From positions 67,297-131,296 of the forward strand of contig JAYFQP010000006.1 in NCBI GenBank assembly GCA_034926865.1: a stretch of 64,000 nt of DNA, in the 5' to 3' direction. How positions within the stretch are numbered: the stretch's first letter is position 1; every line of letters starts with the position of its first letter. This document shows, one piece after another, positions 56,775 to 64,000 of this stretch. Position numbers and translations under genes: made by a program. The notes under the pieces were generated by a model. It searched no databases and had not been told where the DNA came from. It saw nothing but the letters and a program-made list of their open reading frames with translations. Source of the DNA: Clostridiaceae bacterium (GTDB lineage: Bacteria > Bacillota > Clostridia > Oscillospirales > Butyricicoccaceae).

Positions 56775-58067
56775 ATGAACGTAAAGAAGATGAAAAAGCT
56801 GGCGTGCGAAGCCATAGACAAGAATGCGGACAAAATAATAGGCATTGCAGAGAGCATTTTTGCTGAGCCTGAGCTAGGCTATAAAGAGTTCAAAACAGCT
56901 GAAAAGGTAAAGGCTGTATTTGAAGAGCTGGGGTATGAATATAAAGCCGGCATTGCCGTGACGGGAGTTGTAGCCACCGCCCCAGGAGGGGAGCATAACG
57001 CAAGAGTAGCTGTAATGGGCGAGCTTGATGCAGTTGTCTGCCCGGGACACCGCTGTGCCAACCCGGAAACGGGCGCAGCACATTCCTGCGGACATCATGC
57101 TCAAATCGCTTCAATGATAGGCGTTGCGTATGGTCTTAAAGATAGTGGAATACTTCCGGAGCTTGGCGGAGATGTGAGGCTTATGGCTGTTCCTGCTGAG
57201 GAGGGTGTTGAGCTTGAGTACAGAAGTGAACTGATGAAGCAGGGCAAAATATCTTATCTCGGCGGCAAACAGGAGTTCATAAAGCTGGGTGTTTTCGATG
57301 ATATAGATGCCATGATAATGCAGCATACAATCGGCGGAGATAAGGTAACCGCAGGCGGCCCCGGCGGCATGGGATTTGTTGCAAAGATCATAAAGTATTA
57401 TGGCAAAGAGTGCCATGTGGCTTCGCCTTATCTCGGAATCAACGCTCTTGACGCAGCAAAAGTAGGGCTGGTTGCAGTAGATGCCATCAGAAGCACCTTT
57501 AGGGATGAGGACAGCATACGTTTTCACCCGATCATTACTAAGGGTGGTAACCTTGTAAACGTTGTACCTTCATTTGTGCAGATTGAGACCTTTGTCAGAG
57601 GCCGCAGCATAGCCGCGATCAAAGATGCCAGCTTCAAGGTTGACCGGGCGCTCAGGGCGGGCGCAGATGCCGTTGGAGCGACCTGCGAGATATTCAACCT
57701 GCCCGGATATCTCTTTTCAAACGAGGCGCCAGAGCTTAAGGCCCTTGTTCATGATAATCTTGCCGAGCTTGTTGGGGAAGATCATATAGTACAGGGAGTT
57801 GGTTTTACAACTGAGGCCAACGATGTTTCACAGATACTTCCTACAGTTCATGCCACAATAGGCGGAGCGGTAGGCGTTGCACACAGTTCTGACTTTGAAA
57901 TCGGTGACAAAAATCTTGCATACATAGTCGCCGCTAAGATGCTTATAATGACTGTCATAGATCTTTTGGCAAACGGAGCCGAAAAGGCCGTCAAAATTAA
58001 AAAGAACTTTTCAGCACCTCTTACTAAAGAAGAGTATCTTAAACTGCTGGATGAGCTCAAAGCATAA
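56775..58067 (+). CDS. M20-family amidohydrolase (AbgB-like)
   Basis: 430 aa. Contains HSCGHH and the M20 catalytic/dimerisation domain pattern. Confidence 0.7.
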   Translation: MNVKKMKKLACEAIDKNADKIIGIAESIFAEPELGYKEFKTAEKVKAVFEELGYEYKAGIAVTGVVATAPGGEHNARVAVMGELDAVVCPGHRCANPETGAAHSCGHHAQIASMIGVAYGLKDSGILPELGGDVRLMAVPAEEGVELEYRSELMKQGKISYLGGKQEFIKLGVFDDIDAMIMQHTIGGDKVTAGGPGGMGFVAKIIKYYGKECHVASPYLGINALDAAKVGLVAVDAIRSTFRDEDSIRFHPIITKGGNLVNVVPSFVQIETFVRGRSIAAIKDASFKVDRALRAGADAVGATCEIFNLPGYLFSNEAPELKALVHDNLAELVGEDHIVQGVGFTTEANDVSQILPTVHATIGGAVGVAHSSDFEIGDKNLAYIVAAKMLIMTVIDLLANGAEKAVKIKKNFSAPLTKEEYLKLLDELKA

Positions 58068-58081
58068 AGTGATTTTAGATT

Positions 58082-58116
58082 TGCGGTGCAGATATTTAAT
58101 CTGCACCGCAATTTTT
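58082..58116 (+). terminator. intrinsic terminator after the M20 gene
   Basis: TGCGGTGCAGAT / ATCTGCACCGCA 12-bp stem followed by ATTTTT. Confidence 0.8.
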
Positions 58117-58343
58117 ATATGTTTATTTTATTTTTGCTTGTGCATATTGTATGTTGTGAAGGCGCTAAAATAATAATATAATACTGTTGTGTACTTGATA
58201 CTTGCCTGACAGCTTATGCATTTTTTTAAAATGTGCATAGGGAATAAGAACTATGTCGTATTAAGTCAAAAAGCTTAGATTTAGGAACAATAATGGCTTA
58301 GGGCTGTCTAAATATAGAGATGACAGCAGAAAGGGGAACAGCT

Positions 58344-59678
58344 ATGAACTATAAGCACGAATCGGCGGGGAAAAGGCCTATGTGGCTTTTATACTGCCTG
58401 GCTGCCGTAGCTATCGTGCTTGCATGCTTTGCGCTTTACAGAGCGATAGGAAGCAAGCCGAAGGATAACGACAACGTTAAGGAAAGTGATGGCACTCAGC
58501 AGGAGGGAAATCAGGAATCCGGGAAAAAAGATGATAACACCGATTCCGCAAAAGCGAAGGAGACTGAAGCAATAGCCACGGCAGACAAGCTGGCAAAAGG
58601 TTATTTTTATGATGAGGCTATTGAAGCGTTAAAAGATTTCGAAAGTGATGATGCAAAGACTAAAGTTGCTGAGTATGAAGGCCTTAAGGCGGCGCTTGTG
58701 CCATATACTGGCCAATACTACCATGTTTTCTTCCATAGCCTTATTATAGATACTGCTCTGGCTTTTGACAATAAAGGGAATTCGGCAGAAGGCTATAATA
58801 TGTGGATGACTACGCAGAGCGAGTTCAAAAAGATGCTTCCTTTGCTGCTCCAAAACAATTTTGTTCTTTATGATATCACTCAGATGGTAGAGCTTGATGC
58901 AAACGGAAAGGCCCAAGCCAAGGCTATATATCTTCCGGCGGGCAAAAAGCCGCTTGTGATTTCCATAGATGATGTTGACTACTATGACTATATGAAGACA
59001 GATGGCTTTGCCGACAGACTTGACGTAGATGATAAAGGCAGGGTTGTGACTGTTGTAAAGGATGCAAGCGGAAATGAAAGCATAACATATGATGGCGACG
59101 TAATGCCTATTCTTGACAGCTTTGTCGATGAGCATCCTGAGTTTTCGTTCAGAGGTGCCAAGGGCATCGTTGCCACAACTGGGTTTGCAGGTGCTTTTGG
59201 TTACCGCATAACTGACCTTGACAAGTATAGCGAAGCTGATGGAAAAGCCATGCTTGCTAAAGTTCAGAAGGTTGCCCAGGCGTTAAGATCAAGCGGTTGG
59301 CAGATATCAAGCCATAGCTATACTCATAATCAGTATTGGAATAAGCTCACAATTACGATGGATCAAATGAAGTATGACACGGGTCGCTGGAAAAAAGAGA
59401 TTGAGCCTTATGTAGGAAACACCAATATTTTCATTTCCCCCTTTGGTGTGCATTTTGACAAAAAAGATCAGCGGTTCAGGTATCTTCTTGATGAAGGCGG
59501 ATTTAATATTTATTGCCCTGTAGGCGCAAATATGTCTACCACTTTTGTTGATAACGAGATGATTCAGGAGCGATTGGATCTTGATGGGTATACGATGATT
59601 AAGCATCCGGAAAGGGTTTCAAAATACTTTTTTGATCCCGCGCTTGTTTTAGATTCTGCACGGCCCCCAATCAATTAA
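58344..59678 (+). CDS. membrane-anchored polysaccharide deacetylase (NodB-homology) family protein
   Basis: N-terminal TM anchor, a low-complexity linker, and SIDDVDYYDY and SSHSYTHNQ (H-x3-H-type) motifs. ATG at 58344 with a GAAAGGGGA RBS. Confidence 0.55.
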   Translation: MNYKHESAGKRPMWLLYCLAAVAIVLACFALYRAIGSKPKDNDNVKESDGTQQEGNQESGKKDDNTDSAKAKETEAIATADKLAKGYFYDEAIEALKDFESDDAKTKVAEYEGLKAALVPYTGQYYHVFFHSLIIDTALAFDNKGNSAEGYNMWMTTQSEFKKMLPLLLQNNFVLYDITQMVELDANGKAQAKAIYLPAGKKPLVISIDDVDYYDYMKTDGFADRLDVDDKGRVVTVVKDASGNESITYDGDVMPILDSFVDEHPEFSFRGAKGIVATTGFAGAFGYRITDLDKYSEADGKAMLAKVQKVAQALRSSGWQISSHSYTHNQYWNKLTITMDQMKYDTGRWKKEIEPYVGNTNIFISPFGVHFDKKDQRFRYLLDEGGFNIYCPVGANMSTTFVDNEMIQERLDLDGYTMIKHPERVSKYFFDPALVLDSARPPIN

Positions 59679-59691
59679 ATCAAGAGCTTGG

Positions 59692-59728
59692 AAACGCTGT
59701 CCTCGCCAGATAAGAGGGCAGCGTTTTT
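59692..59728 (+). terminator. intrinsic terminator after the deacetylase gene
   Basis: AAACGCTGTCCTC / GAGGGCAGCGTTT stem followed by TT. Confidence 0.7.
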
Positions 59729-59744
59729 ACGTATAAACAGGCAG

Positions 59745-59783
59745 AAAAAAGGCATCCCGGCTTTTAGTCAGGATGCCTTTTTT
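59745..59783 (-). terminator. intrinsic terminator after rplL
   Basis: GGCATCC / GGATGCC stem flanked by A- and T-runs. Confidence 0.7.
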
Positions 59784-59834
59784 ATATCGGGATGCCTATT
59801 GGCGGTCCGAACAGTGTAAAGTATGTGCGGTTTC

Positions 59835-60212
59835 TTACTTAACTTCGCACTTAGCGCCGGCTTCTTCGAGCTTCTTAACGATATCATCAGCAGCGGCTTT
59901 GTCGATGTTCTCCTTAATTGCCTTGGGAGCGCCGTCAACCAACTCCTTAGCTTCCTTAAGGCCGAGGCCTGTAAGCTCACGGACAACCTTGATGACGTTG
60001 ATCTTCTTTTCGCCGACTTCCTTCAGGATGACGGTGAACTCGGTCTGCTCTTCAGCAGCGGCAGCAGCAGCGCCAGGAGCGGCAGCAGCGGCTGCAGGGG
60101 CAGCAGCAGATACGCCGAACTCTTCTTCGAGAGCCTTTACGAGCTCGGAGAGCTCGAGAACGGTAAGAACCTTAACTTCTTCAATAAGCTGTGTTACTTT
60201 TTCGCTTGCCAT
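59835..60212 (-). CDS. rplL: 50S ribosomal protein L7/L12
   Basis: Ala-rich hinge [20 protein letters not shown] and [23 protein letters not shown]. Confidence 0.95.
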   Translation of the reverse strand: MASEKVTQLIEEVKVLTVLELSELVKALEEEFGVSAAAPAAAAAAPGAAAAAAEEQTEFTVILKEVGEKKINVIKVVRELTGLGLKEAKELVDGAPKAIKENIDKAAADDIVKKLEEAGAKCEVK

Positions 60213-60253
60213 TTTAATTTACCTCCAAAATATAACTTTAGTGTTGTTTTCGA

Positions 60254-60778
60254 TTATTCAGCAGCGGCTTCTGCGTGAGCGCCCTTTTGCTCAGCGATGG
60301 CATTGATAACTCTGGCCAAAGCAGCGATGGGGGCATTAAGGGTTCCGAGAACAGTGGCAACAAGATCATTCTTGTTTGTCAAAGTGGAAAGAGACATGAT
60401 GGTGTCGACATCAACGACTTTACCTTCAACAAATCCGCCCTTGACAGCAAAGCTCAGCTTGGGATTCTTCTTGATAAAGTTGCCGACGAGTCTTGCAGGA
60501 GCGATGGGGTCTTCCTTGCTCATTGCCAGAGCCGTAGTGCCGTTAAGAATGGGGTCAAGTTCTTCAAAACCCACCTCATGAGCGGCAAATCTTGTCAGCG
60601 TGTTTTTAACGACAGAATACTCTACGTTGTTCTGTCTAAGTTCCGTGCGGAACCTGGTATCGGCATCAACGGTAATACCCTTATAATCGACAAAAACACC
60701 GGAGCTTGCATTCTTCATCTGCTCAACCATAGCAGCTACTATGGCCTGCTTCTCGGATAATACTTTAGCGTTAGGCAT
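60254..60778 (-). CDS. rplJ: 50S ribosomal protein L10
   Basis: MPNAKVLSEKQAIVAAMVEQ.., 174 aa from the ATG at 60778 with a GGAGGTGA RBS. The track ORF extends upstream into the leader. Confidence 0.9.
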   Translation of the reverse strand: MPNAKVLSEKQAIVAAMVEQMKNASSGVFVDYKGITVDADTRFRTELRQNNVEYSVVKNTLTRFAAHEVGFEELDPILNGTTALAMSKEDPIAPARLVGNFIKKNPKLSFAVKGGFVEGKVVDVDTIMSLSTLTNKNDLVATVLGTLNAPIAALARVINAIAEQKGAHAEAAAE

Positions 60779-60976
60779 TCTGGATTTCACCTCCGTATAG
60801 ATTTTGCTAAGAAAAAGTGCCTCCGCATCCAAAGATACGAAGGCACGAAAATACATAATACAATGTAAATGTGCATCCTCGGCAGGACGGCATAGCCGTT
60901 TACTTTTTTCCTGCGGTCTCCGGATAACGAATGAATTATATCAAAAGCCGGTCAGGCTGTCAATATAAAAATTAAA

Positions 60977-61672
60977 TTAGTTGGAAAGTTTTGCGGGGTT
61001 GACCTTGACGCCGGGGCCCATCGTAGAAGCGATGACACAAGATCTGATATACTGGCCTTTGGCGGCAGCAGGCTTAGCCTTGACAATAGCTCCCAGGAGA
61101 GCGTTGAAGTTCTCGACGAGCTTATCCTGGCCGAAAGAAACTTTTCCAAGCGGGCAGTGGATGATATTTGTCTTGTCCAGACGGTACTCAATACGTCCGG
61201 CCTTGGACTCCTTGATAGCCTTTGCAACATCCATTGTTACTGTGCCGGCCTTGGGGTTAGGCATAAGGCCTTTAGGACCAAGAACACGTCCCAGACGGCC
61301 CACAAGGCCCATCATATCAGGTGTGGCGATAACAACTTCATAGTCAAAGAAGTTTTCGCTTGTGATCTTCTGCACCATATCCTCGGCGCCCACAAAGTCG
61401 GCTCCGGCAGCTTCTGCCTCGGCGGCTTTGTCGCCCTTGGCGAAAACAAGAACCCTGATTTTCTTGCCCGTTCCGTTGGGAAGGACAATAGCACCTCTGA
61501 CCTGCTGGTCAGCGTGTCTTGAGTCAACGCCCAGCTTGACATGAACCTCTACGGTTTCATCGAACTTGGCTTTGGCCGTTTTAAGCATTACATCTATAGC
61601 TTCATCAGAGTCATGAAGCTTTGTACGGTCATAAAGTTTAACGCTGTCTGCGTAATTTTTACCTCTGCGCAT
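60977..61672 (-). CDS. rplA: 50S ribosomal protein L1
   Basis: 231 aa with [13 protein letters not shown] and [12 protein letters not shown]. Confidence 0.95.
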   Translation of the reverse strand: MRRGKNYADSVKLYDRTKLHDSDEAIDVMLKTAKAKFDETVEVHVKLGVDSRHADQQVRGAIVLPNGTGKKIRVLVFAKGDKAAEAEAAGADFVGAEDMVQKITSENFFDYEVVIATPDMMGLVGRLGRVLGPKGLMPNPKAGTVTMDVAKAIKESKAGRIEYRLDKTNIIHCPLGKVSFGQDKLVENFNALLGAIVKAKPAAAKGQYIRSCVIASTMGPGVKVNPAKLSN

Positions 61673-61771
61673 GAGTGTTTTTCCTCCTTATAGTGGTTTT
61701 TCGGAATAATCCTCCCACATAGCGGCACTTAGCCGCGGTTCAATTAAATATTAAAAACGGGGGACCAAATA

Positions 61772-62197
61772 TTACTCTTCAACTGTTACGCCCATTGAGC
61801 GAGCAGTACCGGCAACCATGCTCATAGCTACCTCTACGCTTGCAGCGTTGAGATCGGGCATCTTGAGCTCGGCGATTTTACGAAGGTCTTCCTTAGAGAG
61901 CTGGGCAACCTTCTGCTTATTGGGAACGCCGCTGCCGCTTTGAAGCTTGCAAGCCTTTTTGATGAGAACAGCCGCAGGGGGGGTCTTTGTAATAAAGCTA
62001 AAGGAATGATCGGCGTATACTGTTATGACCACGGGGATTATGAGATCGCCCTCGTTCTTAGTGCGCTCGTTGAATTCCTTTGTAAATGCCATAATATTAA
62101 CGCCGTGCTGACCCAAAGCAGGGCCGACAGGTGGTGCCGGAGTTGCCTTACCGGCGGGGATCTGAAGCTTGATTAAACCTGTTACTTTCTGTGCCAC
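61772..62197 (-). CDS. rplK: 50S ribosomal protein L11
   Basis: [28 protein letters not shown]. Confidence 0.95.
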   Translation of the reverse strand: MAQKVTGLIKLQIPAGKATPAPPVGPALGQHGVNIMAFTKEFNERTKNEGDLIIPVVITVYADHSFSFITKTPPAAVLIKKACKLQSGSGVPNKQKVAQLSKEDLRKIAELKMPDLNAASVEVAMSMVAGTARSMGVTVEE

Positions 62198-62267
62198 TTT
62201 CGTTGCACCTCCTATAAAAAATGTGGTAAGAGTGGGTTTTAAACCCTCCCACTTGACGGCGACCGCC

Positions 62268-62792
62268 TTATTTTTCCAGAGAGGCCACCTGATTAAACTT
62301 GAGTTCTACAGGAATTTCCCTTCCGAACATACTGATGTTAACACATACAGTGTTCTTTGGAAGAGAAATCTCTTCTACAATTCCAATGTTGCCGTCGAAT
62401 GGTCCGTCAATGATCTTAACATTATCACCGATTTCGAAAGAAAGCTTTAACTCCATGGATTCGACACCAAGAGCCATAACTTCTTCGTCAGTAAGGGGAA
62501 CAGGCTTTGAACCCGGCCCGACAAAGCTTGTTACACCGCGGGTATTGCGGACGATATACCAGCTTTCATCAGTCATGTACATCTTGACGAGAACATAGCC
62601 CGGAAAGAGCTTTCTTTCCACTTCCTTGGCTCCTGTATCCCTTATTTCCGTAACTGTCTCCATAGGGACTCTTACGTCAAGGATCAGTTCCTGCAGACTT
62701 CTGTTTTCAACGGTTTTCTGTATTGTAGCGGCCACTTTGTTTTCGTAGCCGGAGTATGTGTGTACCACATACCATTTTGCACCGTCAGACAT
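62268..62792 (-). CDS. nusG: transcription termination/antitermination factor NusG
   Basis: [14 protein letters not shown] (NGN domain) plus a C-terminal KOW domain. Confidence 0.95.
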   Translation of the reverse strand: MSDGAKWYVVHTYSGYENKVAATIQKTVENRSLQELILDVRVPMETVTEIRDTGAKEVERKLFPGYVLVKMYMTDESWYIVRNTRGVTSFVGPGSKPVPLTDEEVMALGVESMELKLSFEIGDNVKIIDGPFDGNIGIVEEISLPKNTVCVNISMFGREIPVELKFNQVASLEK

Positions 62793-62804
62793 GATTATCT
62801 CCCA

Positions 62805-63098
62805 TCAAACAAGCTTGACTATCGTATCTCTTACAAAGCCGAAGGAAACATCGAGGATGTATACGAATATACAAACAACGATTGCGGCTATTATAACGAC
62901 GACAGTGTTGTTTAAAACTTGTTTGCCAGTAGGCCAGACGATCTTTTTGCTTTCGCTTCTGAAATCTCTGAACCACTTGGAAATAACACGTCCTGTGCGC
63001 TTGAAGAAACCTGGTTTCTTTTCGGCCGGTTTTTTCTCGGCCTTTTTGGGAAGATTTTTATCGTCCTTCCCAGAAACTATCTTGTCCTGCTCAGACAT
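62805..63098 (-). CDS. secE: preprotein translocase subunit SecE (with a Lys-rich N-terminal extension)
   Basis: SESKKIVWPTGKQV followed by a single TM segment. Its position between rpmG and nusG is the usual one. Confidence 0.8.
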   Translation of the reverse strand: MSEQDKIVSGKDDKNLPKKAEKKPAEKKPGFFKRTGRVISKWFRDFRSESKKIVWPTGKQVLNNTVVVIIAAIVVCIFVYILDVSFGFVRDTIVKLV

Positions 63099-63133
63099 GT
63101 TGCACCTCGTTTCTTAAATGTTACACACAGAAA

Positions 63134-63283
63134 CTACTTTGATTCTCTGTGTAAGGTGTGCTTCCTGCAGAAACGGCAATACTTTGTCATCTCCAAACGA
63201 TCTGGATCGCTTTTCTTGTTCTTCATGGTATCGTAGTTTCTCTGTTTGCATTCCGTGCAGGCCAGTGTGATCTTAACTCGCAT
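63134..63283 (-). CDS. rpmG: 50S ribosomal protein L33
   Basis: 49 aa, [49 protein letters not shown], with an AAGGAGG RBS. It is too short for the ORF track. Confidence 0.9.
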   Translation of the reverse strand: MRVKITLACTECKQRNYDTMKNKKSDPDRLEMTKYCRFCRKHTLHRESK

Positions 63284-63586
63284 TTTTGCGGCACCTCCTT
63301 AAATTATTGTTGCCTCCCTGAAAGGGATGTTCCATTTTTGGACAACAAAAAAAGACCCTGACAGGTGTAACAAATATATCACACTCTTACTGCAAGGTCA
63401 AGCACTATTTTGAATATAATAATATTTTGCGGGATGTTTTTTACTTTTATATAACGCTTTTTTGTTAGTTATGTTATAATTAAAAAAATTGTAAGCAACC
63501 GTCAGCCTTTAACCTAAATAAACCATCGAGCCATCGGCAGAAAAGATGTCGGGGCTATGCTTTTTGGAGGACGTAAATAGAGTATA

Positions 63587-64000
63587 ATGAATGAATCTAT
63601 AAAAGTCAACAGGCAAATGATATTAAATATTCTGCCTCAAAGAGATGACAGCGGGAACAAAGGGAGCTTCGGGTGTCTTCTTTCCGTATGCGGAAGCCGC
63701 GACATGACCGGGGCGGCATGTCTTTCTTCTATGGCTGCTCTGCGGTGCGGGATAGGGCTTCTGGCGCTGGCTTCTGTTCCTGAGGTGCTTTCGGCGGCAA
63801 AAGGAGCTGTTTGGGAAGCGATTTATATTCCGCTCGAAGAGACTATTGACGGCAGAATAACCGACAGTTCAAAGGATCGCATATTGTCTTTTGCAAGGGC
63901 CAGCGCGATGCTGGCAGGCTGTGGCATTGGAAAAGGGATAGAGGGTACACGGCTTTTGTATGAATTGATTGAAGGCTCGGAGTTACCGATTATTGTTGAT
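63587..64000 (+). CDS. ADP-dependent NAD(P)H-hydrate dehydratase (YjeF C-terminal family), 5' part only (runs off the window)
   Basis: MNESIKVNRQ..RDDSGNKGSFGCLLSVCGSRDMTGAACLSSMAALRCG. The frame stays open to the window end. Confidence 0.65.
   Translation, partial: MNESIKVNRQMILNILPQRDDSGNKGSFGCLLSVCGSRDMTGAACLSSMAALRCGIGLLALASVPEVLSAAKGAVWEAIYIPLEETIDGRITDSSKDRILSFARASAMLAGCGIGKGIEGTRLLYELIEGSELPIIVD

Noticed and set aside
59773-60306. Ala-rich 177-aa and 151-aa plus-strand ORFs
   Set aside because: They mirror the GC/Ala-rich hinge of rplL on the opposite strand. rplL and rplJ are certain.
60779-60976. L10 (rplJ) autoregulatory leader
   Set aside because: A 198-nt untranslated gap is present, as expected, but I cannot verify the L10-leader fold by eye. 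I have not annotated it as a feature.
1-64000. CRISPR arrays, rRNA/tRNA genes, IS elements with intact transposases, and toxin-antitoxin or known defence-system genes
   Set aside because: I saw no regularly spaced direct repeats, no rRNA or tRNA signatures, no intact transposase or integrase, and no recognisable defence-gene motifs in any frame.

Overview
This window is a chromosomal segment of a spore-forming Firmicute that looks Clostridia-like. The taxon is inferred only from spoVT, an SLH-domain protein, a split transketolase and the rpmG-secE-nusG-rplKAJL order. Most of it is housekeeping. The housekeeping genes are split transketolase, secG, proS, spoVT, a copA-csoR copper module, a complete purECFMNHDL operon, metNIQ, a polar amino-acid ABC importer and the ribosomal-protein/nusG cluster. 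Accessory transport and regulatory genes lie between them: a MocR regulator with an ECF S-component, a MacAB-like pump with an SLH protein, a MarR regulator with two ABC exporters, a CNNM/CorC transporter, flotillin, MFS and AEC transporters.

I saw no rRNA, tRNA or CRISPR array.

The only clearly accessory stretch is about 29.3-34.0 kb. It is a decayed serine-recombinase integrative element, bounded by 12-bp inverted repeats, that splits a DUF1538-like membrane-protein gene. Its cargo is an orphan AgrC-like kinase/LytTR regulator pair plus two uncharacterised proteins.

The most interesting signal is at 47.59-47.84 kb. A strong sigma-A-type promoter drives a 37-codon leader ORF with 11 Met and 4 Cys codons. 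Three mutually exclusive pairings follow it, ending in a perfect 12-bp intrinsic terminator directly upstream of metNIQ. No S-box or T-box is recognisable there. This looks like a classical ribosome-mediated attenuator that senses methionine.

Other points worth a second look:
- three promoter + structured leader + terminator units of unassigned class, upstream of the CNNM transporter, flotillin and purE
- a single-subunit 2-hydroxyacyl-CoA-dehydratase-like protein with its own activase (double-cubane-cluster-protein-like pair)
- a CopZ-like domain fused in frame to CopA that retains its own RBS and ATG
- a stand-alone 86-aa protein resembling the NrdD glycyl-radical tail

All calls come from reading the translations and sequence by eye. 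No database search or folding program was run.
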